This document shows, piece by piece, positions 36,197 to 45,582 of a stretch of 63,889 bases of DNA. The stretch covers positions 1 to 63,889 of the forward strand of contig JBFMBF010000004.1 in assembly GCA_040755315.1 (NCBI GenBank), written 5' to 3'. The notes under the pieces were generated by a model. It ran no database searches. It saw only the letters and a program-made list of their open reading frames with translations, and was not told the origin of the DNA. Numbering within the stretch: position 1 is the stretch's first letter; every line of letters begins with the position of its first letter. The position numbers and the translations under genes are program-made. Source of the stretch: Candidatus Hadarchaeota archaeon (GTDB lineage: Archaea > Hadarchaeota > Hadarchaeia > Hadarchaeales > Hadarchaeaceae).

Positions 36197-36255
36197 TTTC
36201 CACACCAGATATAAAAAACCTCTCGACTTTATAGGCTTGGCCTAAAGATAATCTG

Positions 36256-37248
36256 GTGAAATCTACGACATCTGCCCAAGAAAAAACGGCTCAAAAGCTG
36301 GGCCAGAAGGTGTTCATAACCGGGGTGGCTGGGTTCATAGGGGGCCACTTTAGCGAAAGGCTGCTAAAGATGGGACTGGAAGTCTCAGGAATAGACAACC
36401 TTTCAAATGGGCTTGAGGACAACATCTCGGCGGCGATGGGCAGCTCGAAATTCAAGCTCTTGCGCGGGGACATTATGAACCCGCGGGATCTTTCCAACTG
36501 CTGCAGGGGGGCAAACACCATCGTCCACCTCGCGGCGCAGCCGAGCGTGGCGAAGTCTGTCGAGAACCCGCTCTGGGACTTCGAGCAGAACGTTACCGCA
36601 ACACTCAAGGTGCTTGAGGAAGCCAGGAAAAACGACTCAGCATTCATCTTCGCCAGCTCCTCGACGGTCTATGGAGATGCCCCTCTCCCAACCCCGGAGG
36701 ACCACCCGCTCAAGCCGATATCCAACTACGGGGCGGCAAAGGCCGCGGGTGAAATCTACTCCAGCACCTACTCACACCTCTACGGGATTGACACGGTGTC
36801 GCTCAGGTTTTACAACATCTACGGGCCGCGCGCCAGGAAAGGGGTGATGTTCGACCTGCTGAGGAAGCTGCAGAACAACAACCTCAAGCTGGAAGTGCTG
36901 GGGACGGGGGCTCAAGAGAAGGACTACATCCACATAGACGACGCCCTCGACGCTTTGCTCATCGCCGTGGGCAAGGGAAAAATGAAGGGCGAAAGCTACA
37001 ATGTTGGGTCCGGTGAAAGCTACAACGTGAAGCAGCTCGTCAAGATAATTCTAGACAAGCTGGGGCTGGAAGGCAATACCAAGGTGTTCTACAAGGGCGG
37101 GTTATCATGGCCTGGCGACGTGCAGAAGACCAGGGCCGACATCTCACGGATTATGAAGCTTGGATTCTCTCCGAACGTCGGCATTGAGGAAGGGCTGCAC
37201 AAGTTCATGAAGTGGTACGAGGGAGAATACGGGGAAATCCTGAGCTGA
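36256..37248 (+). CDS. NAD-dependent nucleotide-sugar epimerase/dehydratase (extended SDR)
   Basis: Rossmann motif VFITGVAGFIGGH, catalytic YGAAKAAGE (YxxxK), and RFYNIYGPR. Confidence 0.85.
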   Translation: MKSTTSAQEKTAQKLGQKVFITGVAGFIGGHFSERLLKMGLEVSGIDNLSNGLEDNISAAMGSSKFKLLRGDIMNPRDLSNCCRGANTIVHLAAQPSVAKSVENPLWDFEQNVTATLKVLEEARKNDSAFIFASSSTVYGDAPLPTPEDHPLKPISNYGAAKAAGEIYSSTYSHLYGIDTVSLRFYNIYGPRARKGVMFDLLRKLQNNNLKLEVLGTGAQEKDYIHIDDALDALLIAVGKGKMKGESYNVGSGESYNVKQLVKIILDKLGLEGNTKVFYKGGLSWPGDVQKTRADISRIMKLGFSPNVGIEEGLHKFMKWYEGEYGEILS

Positions 37249-37251
37249 GCT

Positions 37252-38844
37252 TCATCTGCCGGCTTTGATCTCTTCTATCTGGCTCGTGAACTTCCTGTAA
37301 GCCTCGGTCGCCTTCAGCTTCTCCACGTCCCTCTTGTACAGGTCGTCCCTCATCTTCCTTCCGACCTTGGCCTCCCACTCTTCAAAGGATATGCCCTGGT
37401 CCTTCTGGCTTTTGTCCCTGTACCACTCGGGGATGACGTTGAAGGCACAGAATGGAATCACCCTGCTGTCTGCCATGGTGTAGTGGATGCAGCACCGCTT
37501 GACTCTTTCGATATCATAGTTGTAAAGGTCTTGAAAATGCATCATTCCTATGAAAAGAGACTTCATGTGAAACTGCCCGACCGCGCCGTAGTCGTGCTTC
37601 ACGAACGCGTTGAAGATTAGCTTGTCAACGTCCAGGTTCTTCGGCTTTTTCTTCTTGTCAATGAACTTTCCGATGTTGTAAAGCAGCTTTGTCCCGACGA
37701 GGAGCTTGCTCTTCCCGGCCTTGAGCTCCTGGGTTTTTTCATCGAGATACTCCAGGAATCCTTCGACATCTATGAAGCTGGTCAGGGGCACCAGCCTGCC
37801 ATCGGCCTCAAACACATACGTGGCCGCCCCGCACGCGAAGTGGCTACTCAAGTCGTACATCGGCTTGCTGGTCAATGCCTCCACAAACTCGCTGATCGTC
37901 ATTGCCGCCGGAACTGGGAAGAAATCTTTCATGGTTATCTCACCGTTCGTCTGCTCCTCGATGCACTTGATGACGTCCGCTATTGTTATCCTGTAGCGCT
38001 CGCGCTCTTCCTTGGGCATCCTTCCCACCAGGGAGACCGGCTGGAAGTTCACTCCCCGGATGACGTCCATGTTCTTGAACCCGTACTTCAGGATATCGCC
38101 TACCTCGTGATCGTTCACCGACTTTATCACGGTCGGGACTAGCACCACCCCGAGCCCTACTTTCCTAGCGTTCTCTATCACCTGCGGGATTTCCCAGTGG
38201 TTCTTCGGGTTTGTCTTCTCGGTGACGCCGTCGAAGCTCAGGTAGAGAGTGTTGACGCCGGCGTCCCTCACCCGCCCGACCAGCTCCGGGTCGCTGGCGA
38301 GCCTTATGCCGTCCGTGTTCAGCTGGATGTGGTCGAAGCCGTACGACCTTGCCAGCTTTATGATGTCTATCAAGTCTTTACGGAGTGTCGGCTCCCCGCC
38401 TGTGAGCTGCAAAGCGTTGCATGGGACGGGGCGCTCGTCTTTCAGGATCTTCAACATTTTGTCTATGTCTTCTATCGACGGCTCGTAGACGTAACCGACC
38501 CTGCCAGCGTAGAAGAAACAGTACCAGCAGGTCAGGTCGCAGCGATTTGTCAGCACCACGTTCGCCAAGGCCGTATGGCTCAGGTGGATCGTGCAAAGCC
38601 CGCAGTCCTTCGGGCACACGATGGCGTCCTTCTCTACCTGCGGGTTCTCCACCCCTTTGCCATCGTGCGCGTAGCCCTCGGCGCGCTTGTACCACTCGTA
38701 TGAACCGGAGTAAAGGTCCTCGAACTCACCGTGCTCTCCACAGGTCTTTTTTATCCAGACCTTCCCGTCGCGCTCGAAAATCGTCGCCGGGAGTATTTTC
38801 AAACACTCTGGACAAATCGAGCCAGTCTTAGCCAACTCCTTCAT
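37252..38844 (-). CDS. radical SAM enzyme, class-D methyltransferase / tetraether lipid synthase (Tes, GDGT-MAS)-like
   Basis: N-terminal zinc-ribbon-like CPECL...CGEHG, an extra Cys motif CPKDCGLCTIH, and the radical SAM motif NRCDLTCWYCFF. Length of 530 aa. It is divergently adjacent to CDP-archaeol synthase. The functional call comes from remembered similarity to MJ0619-type proteins. Confidence 0.55.
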   Translation of the reverse strand: MKELAKTGSICPECLKILPATIFERDGKVWIKKTCGEHGEFEDLYSGSYEWYKRAEGYAHDGKGVENPQVEKDAIVCPKDCGLCTIHLSHTALANVVLTNRCDLTCWYCFFYAGRVGYVYEPSIEDIDKMLKILKDERPVPCNALQLTGGEPTLRKDLIDIIKLARSYGFDHIQLNTDGIRLASDPELVGRVRDAGVNTLYLSFDGVTEKTNPKNHWEIPQVIENARKVGLGVVLVPTVIKSVNDHEVGDILKYGFKNMDVIRGVNFQPVSLVGRMPKEERERYRITIADVIKCIEEQTNGEITMKDFFPVPAAMTISEFVEALTSKPMYDLSSHFACGAATYVFEADGRLVPLTSFIDVEGFLEYLDEKTQELKAGKSKLLVGTKLLYNIGKFIDKKKKPKNLDVDKLIFNAFVKHDYGAVGQFHMKSLFIGMMHFQDLYNYDIERVKRCCIHYTMADSRVIPFCAFNVIPEWYRDKSQKDQGISFEEWEAKVGRKMRDDLYKRDVEKLKATEAYRKFTSQIEEIKAGR

Positions 38845-38938
38845 GTTGCGTCAATTACAACTGAAATGGACTCTTCTTAAAGTTTGCCAAAAATTTTGAG
38901 CTCACGCTGCGGTGGTTAAATGTGGTCCTGTGGAATAG

Positions 38939-39454
38939 TTGGTGGGGTGGAAAGTGGAGCTGCTAGAGCTGCTCGGCGTCGCCATCTGGTTCATCCTGCC
39001 AGCATACGTGGCTAACGGAGCCCCGGTGGTGTTGGGAGGCGGCCGACCGATAGACGGCAAAAGGAAATTTAGTGACGGCCGCCCGATTTTCGGCCCCGGG
39101 AAAACCGTGAGGGGGTTCATGGCGGGGCTGGTGGCAGGCTCCGTCCTAGGGCTGCTGCAAGCGTTGCCCTCCGGAAGCCACTCCCGCGCGGCGGCAGGTT
39201 TAATGCTTTCTCTCGGGGCTCTCACTGGCGACCTGTTCGGGAGCTTCCTCAAGCGCAGGCTGGACATCCCGAGGGGGGGCGCTGCGCCTCTCCTGGATCA
39301 GCTGGGATTCGTGGTTTTCGCGATGGCCTTCTCAAGCATTGTGGAGTTTCCGGGCTGGACCGTCACGGCCGCCATCCTGATTATGACTCCAATCATCCAC
39401 CTAGGCACGAACTACTGCGCCTACAGGCTAGGGCTGAAGGACAGGCCCTACTGA
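38939..39454 (+). CDS. carS: CDP-archaeol synthase
   Basis: Hallmark N-terminal region WFILPAYVANGAPVVLGGGRPIDGKRKFSDGRPIFGPGKTVRG, about 5 TM helices, and a size of 171 aa. The start may be TTG 38939 or GTG 38954. Confidence 0.8.
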   Translation: MVGWKVELLELLGVAIWFILPAYVANGAPVVLGGGRPIDGKRKFSDGRPIFGPGKTVRGFMAGLVAGSVLGLLQALPSGSHSRAAAGLMLSLGALTGDLFGSFLKRRLDIPRGGAAPLLDQLGFVVFAMAFSSIVEFPGWTVTAAILIMTPIIHLGTNYCAYRLGLKDRPY

Positions 39455-39463
39455 GGTGATTCC

Positions 39464-40414
39464 ATGAAGAAGTATGATGTCTTTGGAATCGGGACGGCCC
39501 TCGTGGATTACTTCGCGAAGTGCACTGAGGAGTTCTTAACAAAAAACAACCTTATCAAGGGCGCCACGAACATGGTCCCGCGGGAGAGGCTTGATGAGCT
39601 ACACTCCAAACTATCGGACTCCATATTCCTGCAACTCCCCGGGGACAACGCGCGCAACACCTGCGAGGGGGTAGCGTACCTTGGCGGAAAAACAGCGTAC
39701 GCCAGCTCTGTGGGGGAAGACCCGGAGGGAGAATTCTTCGAGAAGAGCATGGCCGCGCGGGGGATAGACTCCTACATCGTGAGGAAGCCGGGCAGGACCG
39801 GAAAAATCATCGCGCTAATAACAAGGGACGGCCAGAGGACATTCGCCGTTGACCTTGGGAACGGCAGGGACTTGGACTCTGTGCCGACAGAGGAGATAAA
39901 GAACTCAAGTTATCTCTACCTCACGTCGATTACCCTGCTCGCCCCAGGAAGCATCTCTGGGGTGGCGAGGGATGCCATGGAAACCGCCCGGCAACACGAC
40001 GTGAAGCTCGCGCTTTCTCTGGAGAGCCCGCCCATGATAGCCGAAAACAGAGCGAGGCTGCAGAGGACCGTGGAACTGGCAGACGTCCTATTCGCAAACT
40101 TGGAGGAGCTGGAGGCCTTGGCCGGAGAGCCTATCGAGGAAAATGCAAAGAATGTGACAGATCATGTCGGCTTGATGTTCTTGAAAAGAGACCGGAACGG
40201 TTCGACCGTCTTTTCACAGGAAAAAAAATTCCTCATCCCCGCATACTCCAAAAAGGCCGTCGACACCACTGGGGCTGGAGACTTCTACGCTGCGGGAGTC
40301 ATCTTTGCCCTTGGCCGGGAAAAAACTCCTGAGGAAGCGGGCCACATGGGGGCAAAACTTGCGGCAAAGGTTGTGGAAAGGTTCGGCGCTACCGCCTACG
40401 AGCAGCCGCTCTGA
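39464..40414 (+). CDS. PfkB-family carbohydrate/nucleoside kinase
   Basis: N-terminus DVFGIGTALVD and the C-terminal PfkB signature VDTTGAGDFYAAG. Confidence 0.8.
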   Translation: MKKYDVFGIGTALVDYFAKCTEEFLTKNNLIKGATNMVPRERLDELHSKLSDSIFLQLPGDNARNTCEGVAYLGGKTAYASSVGEDPEGEFFEKSMAARGIDSYIVRKPGRTGKIIALITRDGQRTFAVDLGNGRDLDSVPTEEIKNSSYLYLTSITLLAPGSISGVARDAMETARQHDVKLALSLESPPMIAENRARLQRTVELADVLFANLEELEALAGEPIEENAKNVTDHVGLMFLKRDRNGSTVFSQEKKFLIPAYSKKAVDTTGAGDFYAAGVIFALGREKTPEEAGHMGAKLAAKVVERFGATAYEQPL

Positions 40415-40835
40415 CTTCCCAAGGAAAAATCACCCACTTGTCGGTAGCGAACGTGAAGTAGTCTGGTTTGAACTTCGAGCAGGGCTTGCAAGCTATCGTG
40501 GCTACCTTCACCTTTGCACCTTTTTTCTTCAGGTGGTTCACGATGAACGCGAGGCTTGTGCCCGTGTCCGCGACATCGTCCACGACAAGCACTTTCCCCT
40601 TGAGCGGGCCGGAATCTGAAATCAGCGTGGGCGCTTTCATGCGCTGGCGGCCGTTGTAGTACCTTATGTGGATAACCCGGAACTCGCTGTCCAGGATGTG
40701 GGAAATCCTCACGGCCGGGACGAGCCCTCCCCTCGCCACCCCGACGACGAAGTCTGGAGTAAAGTCCTTCCTCACCATCCTCACCAGCTTCTGGATGGCC
40801 TTTTCCACCCTCTGCCAGCTCATCAAAAGCTCCAT
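40389..40835 (-). CDS. type I purine phosphoribosyltransferase (Gpt/Hpt-like)
   Basis: PRPP-binding motif VLVVDDVADTGTSL and the C-terminus WVIFPWE. Confidence 0.8.
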   Translation of the reverse strand: MELLMSWQRVEKAIQKLVRMVRKDFTPDFVVGVARGGLVPAVRISHILDSEFRVIHIRYYNGRQRMKAPTLISDSGPLKGKVLVVDDVADTGTSLAFIVNHLKKKGAKVKVATIACKPCSKFKPDYFTFATDKWVIFPWEVRAAARRR

Positions 40836-40880
40836 GCAATCACGGTGATTAACTCTGGAAGGCTTCGCTAAAAACAGTTG

Positions 40881-41795
40881 CTAGTGGTCCTTCTTCTTGA
40901 CCAAGCTGCAGATGAACGGGTCCTTGCAGGTCTTGCACTCCAGCTGGATAGTTGTGTGGAAAATGTCGAACTTCCTCATTCTGGAGGTTATCCCGTCAAG
41001 GACCTGGCCAGCTCTGCTCACCATCTGGTCCTCTATCATCACGTGGGTGCTCATGGCGTTTATCTCGGTGCTTATGGACCAGAAGTGGAAGTCGTGAACT
41101 TCGATAACCCCTTTCACCTTCTTTATCTCACGAATCACCTCGCCCGCATCTATCCCTTCTGGAGTCGACTCCAAGAGGACGCTGCTCGACTCATGGATCA
41201 AGCCAATCGCCCCCCGCAGGATTATCGCTCCTATAAAAATACCCATCAGGGAGTCCACCAAGAAGTATCCCGTCAAAATAATCACCAGCGCGGAGACGAT
41301 GACTCCTATTGAAGATATCGTGTCTCCGAGAACATGTAGAAATGCTCCTTTCACGTTCAAACTTTCCTTTTTAATATTCCTCATCAGATAAAGAGCAATC
41401 AGGTTGGCAAACAGTCCGATGAAAGCCACGGCCAGCATCAGCACTCCCCTGACCTCTGGGGGGCCTGTGAGCCTGTGGTAGGCCTCAAAAAACACGAAAA
41501 ACGACACAAATATTAGGAGGATGCCGTTCGCGAGCGCCGCTAGGATCTCCAGCCTGTAGAACCCGTAAGTCCTGCGCGTGGTCGGATCCCTCGTGGCGAA
41601 CTTGAGCGCCGCTATGCTCATGCCAAGAGCAAGGGCGTCCATGAACATGTGGGCGGCGTCCCCTATTAGGGCGAGGCTGTTGCTCAGAAGCCCGCCAACA
41701 ATCTCAGCTAACATTATCACCACCACCACTGAAAAAGCCAGCATCAGGGCGCGCTGGGTCCCCGCATATCCCCGGCCTGTGAAGCGATGCGACAT
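40881..41795 (-). CDS. cation diffusion facilitator (CzcD/ZitB-type) metal efflux transporter
   Basis: Six TMs with the HxxxD-type sites DAAHMFMD and LHVLGD, plus a C-terminal cytoplasmic domain. Confidence 0.85.
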   Translation of the reverse strand: MSHRFTGRGYAGTQRALMLAFSVVVVIMLAEIVGGLLSNSLALIGDAAHMFMDALALGMSIAALKFATRDPTTRRTYGFYRLEILAALANGILLIFVSFFVFFEAYHRLTGPPEVRGVLMLAVAFIGLFANLIALYLMRNIKKESLNVKGAFLHVLGDTISSIGVIVSALVIILTGYFLVDSLMGIFIGAIILRGAIGLIHESSSVLLESTPEGIDAGEVIREIKKVKGVIEVHDFHFWSISTEINAMSTHVMIEDQMVSRAGQVLDGITSRMRKFDIFHTTIQLECKTCKDPFICSLVKKKDH

Positions 41796-41834
41796 GCGAC
41801 CTCCAAAAATGTTTAATTCTCAGCCGATAAAACA

Positions 41835-42023
41835 ATGTCTGGGGTCAAGATGGGGCGATACAGCGGGACATGCCCGATATGCGGGCGGGACAACGAGGAC
41901 CTTCACCACTGCAAGGTCTGCGGCGCCGATGTTTGCCATGGATGCTTTGTTTCAGATGTCCACACCTGCACCGGATGCATGAGGAAGGGGCTGTGGGTGG
42001 GGCCGCTCAAGCACGAAGAGTGA
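41835..42023 (+). CDS. small Cys-rich double zinc-ribbon protein
   Basis: A 62-aa protein with four CxxC-type pairs: CPIC, CKVC, CHGC and CTGC. Confidence 0.5.
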   Translation: MSGVKMGRYSGTCPICGRDNEDLHHCKVCGADVCHGCFVSDVHTCTGCMRKGLWVGPLKHEE

Positions 42024-42433
42024 GACCCGGTGGAAAATTGCCGCTGACGGAAGAAGCAGTGAATGAAATCGAAGAAATCCTGCTTCAGGTTAAAGAGCTG
42101 GCATCCGAAGGCGCTACGATTCTTGTTGAGGGGGGCACAGACGTGAGGGGGCTCAGGAACCTCGGTATCTCTGGCGACATTAGGAAAATAACCGGTGGGA
42201 AGAGCCTTTTGAACTTTCTGGAAGGACTCTCTGGGGTACATGCTGTTGTAATCCTAACTGATTTCGACCGGACCGGTGAGCGACTCAGCAAGTTCTGCTC
42301 GAAACAGCTGGCGAGTCTCGGTGTGAAAACCATAAGCGAACCGAGGAGAATGCTGAAAGGCATTGCCGGAAGGGAGGTAAAAGAAATCGCAGACTTGTCG
42401 AAGGCCCTGCTGAAGCGTCGCGAGGCAGGCTAA
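42020..42433 (+). CDS. small Toprim-domain protein
   Basis: Toprim-like E...DxD pattern: ILVEGGTDVRGL ... VVILTDFDRTGERL. GTG 42020 overlaps the zinc-ribbon stop (GTGA). The upstream part of ORF 41870..42433 is an alternate frame of the zinc-ribbon gene. Confidence 0.65.
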   Translation: MRPGGKLPLTEEAVNEIEEILLQVKELASEGATILVEGGTDVRGLRNLGISGDIRKITGGKSLLNFLEGLSGVHAVVILTDFDRTGERLSKFCSKQLASLGVKTISEPRRMLKGIAGREVKEIADLSKALLKRREAG

Positions 42434-43029
42434 CTTTTTGAAATCCAGGAAAGGAACTTTTCTACTATCATCGGCTTTATCCCGATCGCGAGAAGCTCCT
42501 CTTGTATCTCCTTGCGGCTCCTGCCCTGCTTCCTGAGCTTTATGTAGACCTTCTTCATCGTCTCGTAGACCTCGTGGGGGAACCATATCCAGGCGTCGGT
42601 CTTTCGGGCGCAGAACTCTGGAGTTATCACAGACCAAGGCTTGCAGTAGAGCGCGCAGATTTTTACCTCTTTTGCTCCCTGCTTCACGAGATGATCCCTC
42701 ACCATCTTCAGACTCTTCCCAGAATCTGCGATGTCGTCCACCAGGAGTATCTTCTTCCCCTTCACGTCTATCGGGAGCGGTTGGGTTATCTCCGGCTTCT
42801 CGAGGGTCTTGTAGATGTCGATGTAGTGCTCCACCCTGATTGTCGCGATGTTCTCGTTCTCAAGAAGGTCAGAGAGTATCCTGCCGGGTATCCAGCCTCC
42901 TCTGGCCAGCGCCACCAAAAGATTCGGATTGTACCGGCTCCGCCTTATCTGCTCGGAGACCTGGATGCAGAGCTCGTAAATGAAGTCCCAGCTCGGCACC
43001 TCATACTTCTTCGGTTTTTTTGACGTCAT
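42430..43029 (-). CDS. type I phosphoribosyltransferase with C-terminal helical extension
   Basis: PRPP motif ILLVDDIADSGKSL, and WIWFPHE. It is paralogous to 40389..40835. ATG 43029 is preferred over the ORF-track start at 43101. Confidence 0.75.
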   Translation of the reverse strand: MTSKKPKKYEVPSWDFIYELCIQVSEQIRRSRYNPNLLVALARGGWIPGRILSDLLENENIATIRVEHYIDIYKTLEKPEITQPLPIDVKGKKILLVDDIADSGKSLKMVRDHLVKQGAKEVKICALYCKPWSVITPEFCARKTDAWIWFPHEVYETMKKVYIKLRKQGRSRKEIQEELLAIGIKPMIVEKFLSWISKS

Positions 43030-43121
43030 GATGACGTTATAAACCTTATTTTTGTGGGGGTTTAACCCTGACGGAGACGACATGCGCAGCGGGGCGGACA
43101 CTTAAGAAACAAGTGCAAGTC

Positions 43122-43757
43122 CTAAATGTAATCTAAAAGCTGGGGAAAGTGCTCGAAATCCTTTATGATCACGTCCGCGACCTTGGCGAGCTCAGGGTTT
43201 TCCCCGATTGCGACGCCGAGCCCAGCCTTTTCCAAAAATCTCGCGTCATACTTGCTGTCCCCCACAGCCACGCACTCGTTCGTGGTTATCCAGAGATCTG
43301 CCGCCAGCTTTTCAAGCACTTTGTCCTTCCTGCTCGGTTCAACTTTGAATATGCCCTCGCCCGTCAAGCGCCCGTCGCTCCCGACCTCCAAGCCGTTCGC
43401 AAGGACAAGCGGAATCCCGAGCTCGCGCGCGACCTCGTCGGCGAGCAGGTCGAGCCCGCCAGTGACTATTGCAGTCTTGTATCCGCGGCGCTGTATCTCT
43501 CCGACTACTTCTCTGACGTTCGGTGCGATTTTGTAGGAGGCCAGCGCTTCCCTGAGCTCTTCTATCTTGGGGAGTGGTCGCCAGAGGGCTATGTCCCGAC
43601 GCATGAATTCCGGATAGTCTATCTCCCCTCGCTCGTAAGCCGCAACGTTTGGGCAGGCCGCATCGTGGGTGCCAAAGCGCCTGTGCAGCACGGCCCAGCA
43701 GCTGTCCTCAACTACTAAGGTGCCGTCCATATCGAAGGCTATCAGCCGGTATTTCAT
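43122..43757 (-). CDS. HAD-IB hydrolase, phosphoserine phosphatase-like
   Basis: Motif I is LIAFDMDGTLV, motif II is TAIVTGG, and motif IV is AVGDSKYDARF. Confidence 0.75.
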   Translation of the reverse strand: MKYRLIAFDMDGTLVVEDSCWAVLHRRFGTHDAACPNVAAYERGEIDYPEFMRRDIALWRPLPKIEELREALASYKIAPNVREVVGEIQRRGYKTAIVTGGLDLLADEVARELGIPLVLANGLEVGSDGRLTGEGIFKVEPSRKDKVLEKLAADLWITTNECVAVGDSKYDARFLEKAGLGVAIGENPELAKVADVIIKDFEHFPQLLDYI

Positions 43758-43805
43758 GCGACCATCAACTGATTTATCCCCTGGTTAATATCGATTGGTG
43801 AGACC

Positions 43806-44258
43806 GTGCAGTGGATTGCATTCCTAATAACGCTGCTCCCGTTTGTTGAACTTAGGGGGGGAATACCGCTAGCAGTTGCGGCGGGGTATGATCCTGCTGT
43901 GGCATTCTTGGTATGCGTGCTCCTCAACATCCTCGCGATACCTCTTGCGTTCGCCATTCTGGATGTCTTGGTGCCGCCCATCCGGCGCAGGTCCAAGACC
44001 GTGAGGCGGCTGTATGGGTGGGCAGTCAGGAGGGTGAAAAAACACGAGAACCTGAGCATGGCTGGGCTCGCCGTCTTCGTCGGGGTGCCTCTGCCGGGGA
44101 CGGGGGCTTACGCAGGTGCCCTTCTGGCAGACCTCATCGGCATGAAGAGAAAGAGGGCGGCGCTGGCCATTGCCGTGGGGGTGGTGATTGCCGGCGTGCT
44201 CCTGTGGCTGCTGGCAGTCGTCGGCCTGTTCTTCATCAGAGGGCTGACTCCGACGTGA
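43806..44258 (+). CDS. small polytopic membrane protein (COG2426 small multidrug-export-like)
   Basis: N-terminus LLPFVELRGGIPLAVAAGYDP and 4 TMs. The family name is from memory. Confidence 0.5.
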   Translation: MQWIAFLITLLPFVELRGGIPLAVAAGYDPAVAFLVCVLLNILAIPLAFAILDVLVPPIRRRSKTVRRLYGWAVRRVKKHENLSMAGLAVFVGVPLPGTGAYAGALLADLIGMKRKRAALAIAVGVVIAGVLLWLLAVVGLFFIRGLTPT

Positions 44259-44289
44259 GTTGTTATAATTATAACAACGGCAGCTTTTT
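44259..44289 (+). terminator. perfect 20-bp palindrome GTTGTTATAATTATAACAAC followed by T5
   Basis: Read directly. The palindrome begins at the base after the TGA of 43806..44258. The T-run at 44285..44289 follows 6 nt later. It could instead be a TA-rich operator or promoter element for dnaG. Confidence 0.35.
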
Positions 44290-44367
44290 AGGCCCCGAAC
44301 AACAGGGAAGATTGTTCACAAATCAAGCCAGAATCACGCTCAACTTATTCTGGCAAAAAGGGGCGTT

Positions 44368-45582
44368 TTGCCCTTGGAAGAGAAAGACATTCAAGCAATG
44401 GTTGCCGAAAGGCTAGGCAAGAAAGAAGAGGTGCCGCTCGGGAAGGAAGATACGGGTACCACCAAGTACCTGATCCACGCCAAGCTGGAGGCCAACGGAG
44501 TCGTGGAGCGCCCAGATGTCGTCGGTGCTGTTTTTGGCCAGACCGAAGGACTGCTTGGGGAAGACTTGGACCTCAGGGAGCTTCTGAAGAGCGGGAGGAT
44601 AGGCAGGATCAAGGTGGACATCAATTCTGTCCAGGGAAAGACTGCCGGGACCGTGACAATCCCATCAAGCCTGGATAGATTTGAAACATCCATAATCGCC
44701 GCGGCGCTCGAAACCGTCGAGAGGATCGGCCCATGCGAGGCCACGATAAAGGTTGAGAAAATCGAGGACGTCAGGGACACGAAGAGGAAGTTCATCATAG
44801 GGCGGGCCAAGGAGATACTGCAGAAGTTCGGGGAGACTGCGACCGAGACCCAAGAAATAACTGACAGGGTAAAGGAGACCACGCGGGTCGAGGAAATATC
44901 GGAGTACAAGGGGCTGCCGGCGGGGCCAGCGATTACGGAATCTGATGCTATTATCATTGTCGAGGGCAGGGCCGATGTACTCAACCTTCTCAGGGCAGGG
45001 ATAAAGAACACCGTTGCAATAGAGGGAACCAGCGTGCCACAAGCGGTGATAGAGCTCAGCAAAGAAAAGACGGTTACGGCCTTTGTCGACAACGATCGGG
45101 GCGGAGACCTGATTATGAAGGAGCTGCTCCAGGTGGCAGAGCTGGACTTCGTAGCGCGTCCCCCGCCTGGCAGGAGCGTGGAAGACCTCACAAGGAAAGA
45201 AATCATCAAGGCGTTGAGGAGCAAGGTTCCCGTGGAGCTGGCGTTGGCCGAGCACAGGGGCGCAGAACACGCCGAAAACCGGGAAACTGAGGAGCTGGGG
45301 CGCGCTCTAAACAAGCTCAGGGGAAGCCTAAAGGCCCTGCTGCTGGACGGCGGGCTCAGGCCCATCGCCGAAATTCAGGTGAGGGAGCTGAAGGAGAAGC
45401 TGGTGGAGGCCCACGGCGCGAAGGCGGTGGTATTCGACGGCATTATCACTCAGGACTTGGCCGAGATGGCCGCGGCCAGGGGGATAAAGTACCTGGTCGG
45501 AATGCGCTCAAGGATTGAGTCTGTGCCGAAAAACATTGAGGTGCTGACCCTGGACGACCTTCAGAGGTCAAGACACAGGTGA
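44368..45582 (+). CDS. dnaG: archaeal DnaG primase (Toprim)
   Basis: Conserved N-terminal region [32 protein letters not shown] and Toprim motifs [12 protein letters not shown] ... [12 protein letters not shown] start at 44368, or ATG 44398. Confidence 0.9.
   Translation: MPLEEKDIQAMVAERLGKKEEVPLGKEDTGTTKYLIHAKLEANGVVERPDVVGAVFGQTEGLLGEDLDLRELLKSGRIGRIKVDINSVQGKTAGTVTIPSSLDRFETSIIAAALETVERIGPCEATIKVEKIEDVRDTKRKFIIGRAKEILQKFGETATETQEITDRVKETTRVEEISEYKGLPAGPAITESDAIIIVEGRADVLNLLRAGIKNTVAIEGTSVPQAVIELSKEKTVTAFVDNDRGGDLIMKELLQVAELDFVARPPPGRSVEDLTRKEIIKALRSKVPVELALAEHRGAEHAENRETEELGRALNKLRGSLKALLLDGGLRPIAEIQVRELKEKLVEAHGAKAVVFDGIITQDLAEMAAARGIKYLVGMRSRIESVPKNIEVLTLDDLQRSRHR

Noticed and set aside
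41870-42019. N-terminal 50 aa of the 187-aa ORF 41870..42433
   Set aside because: This part is an alternate frame of the Cys-rich zinc-ribbon gene and is Arg/Pro-rich. Toprim homology begins only after the GTG at 42020.
40389-43029. Two paralogous phosphoribosyltransferase genes flanking the CDF transporter and Toprim genes, considered as boundaries of a mobile or duplicated segment
   Set aside because: There are no direct or inverted nucleotide repeats, integrase or transposase. The two proteins are diverged paralogs with different C-termini, consistent with ordinary purine-salvage genes.
44391-45365. 324-aa Ser-rich ORF antisense to dnaG
   Set aside because: Extreme Ser/Leu/Pro bias is typical of the antisense frame of a Glu/Lys/Gly-rich gene. 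The DnaG frame has unmistakable Toprim and N-terminal motifs.
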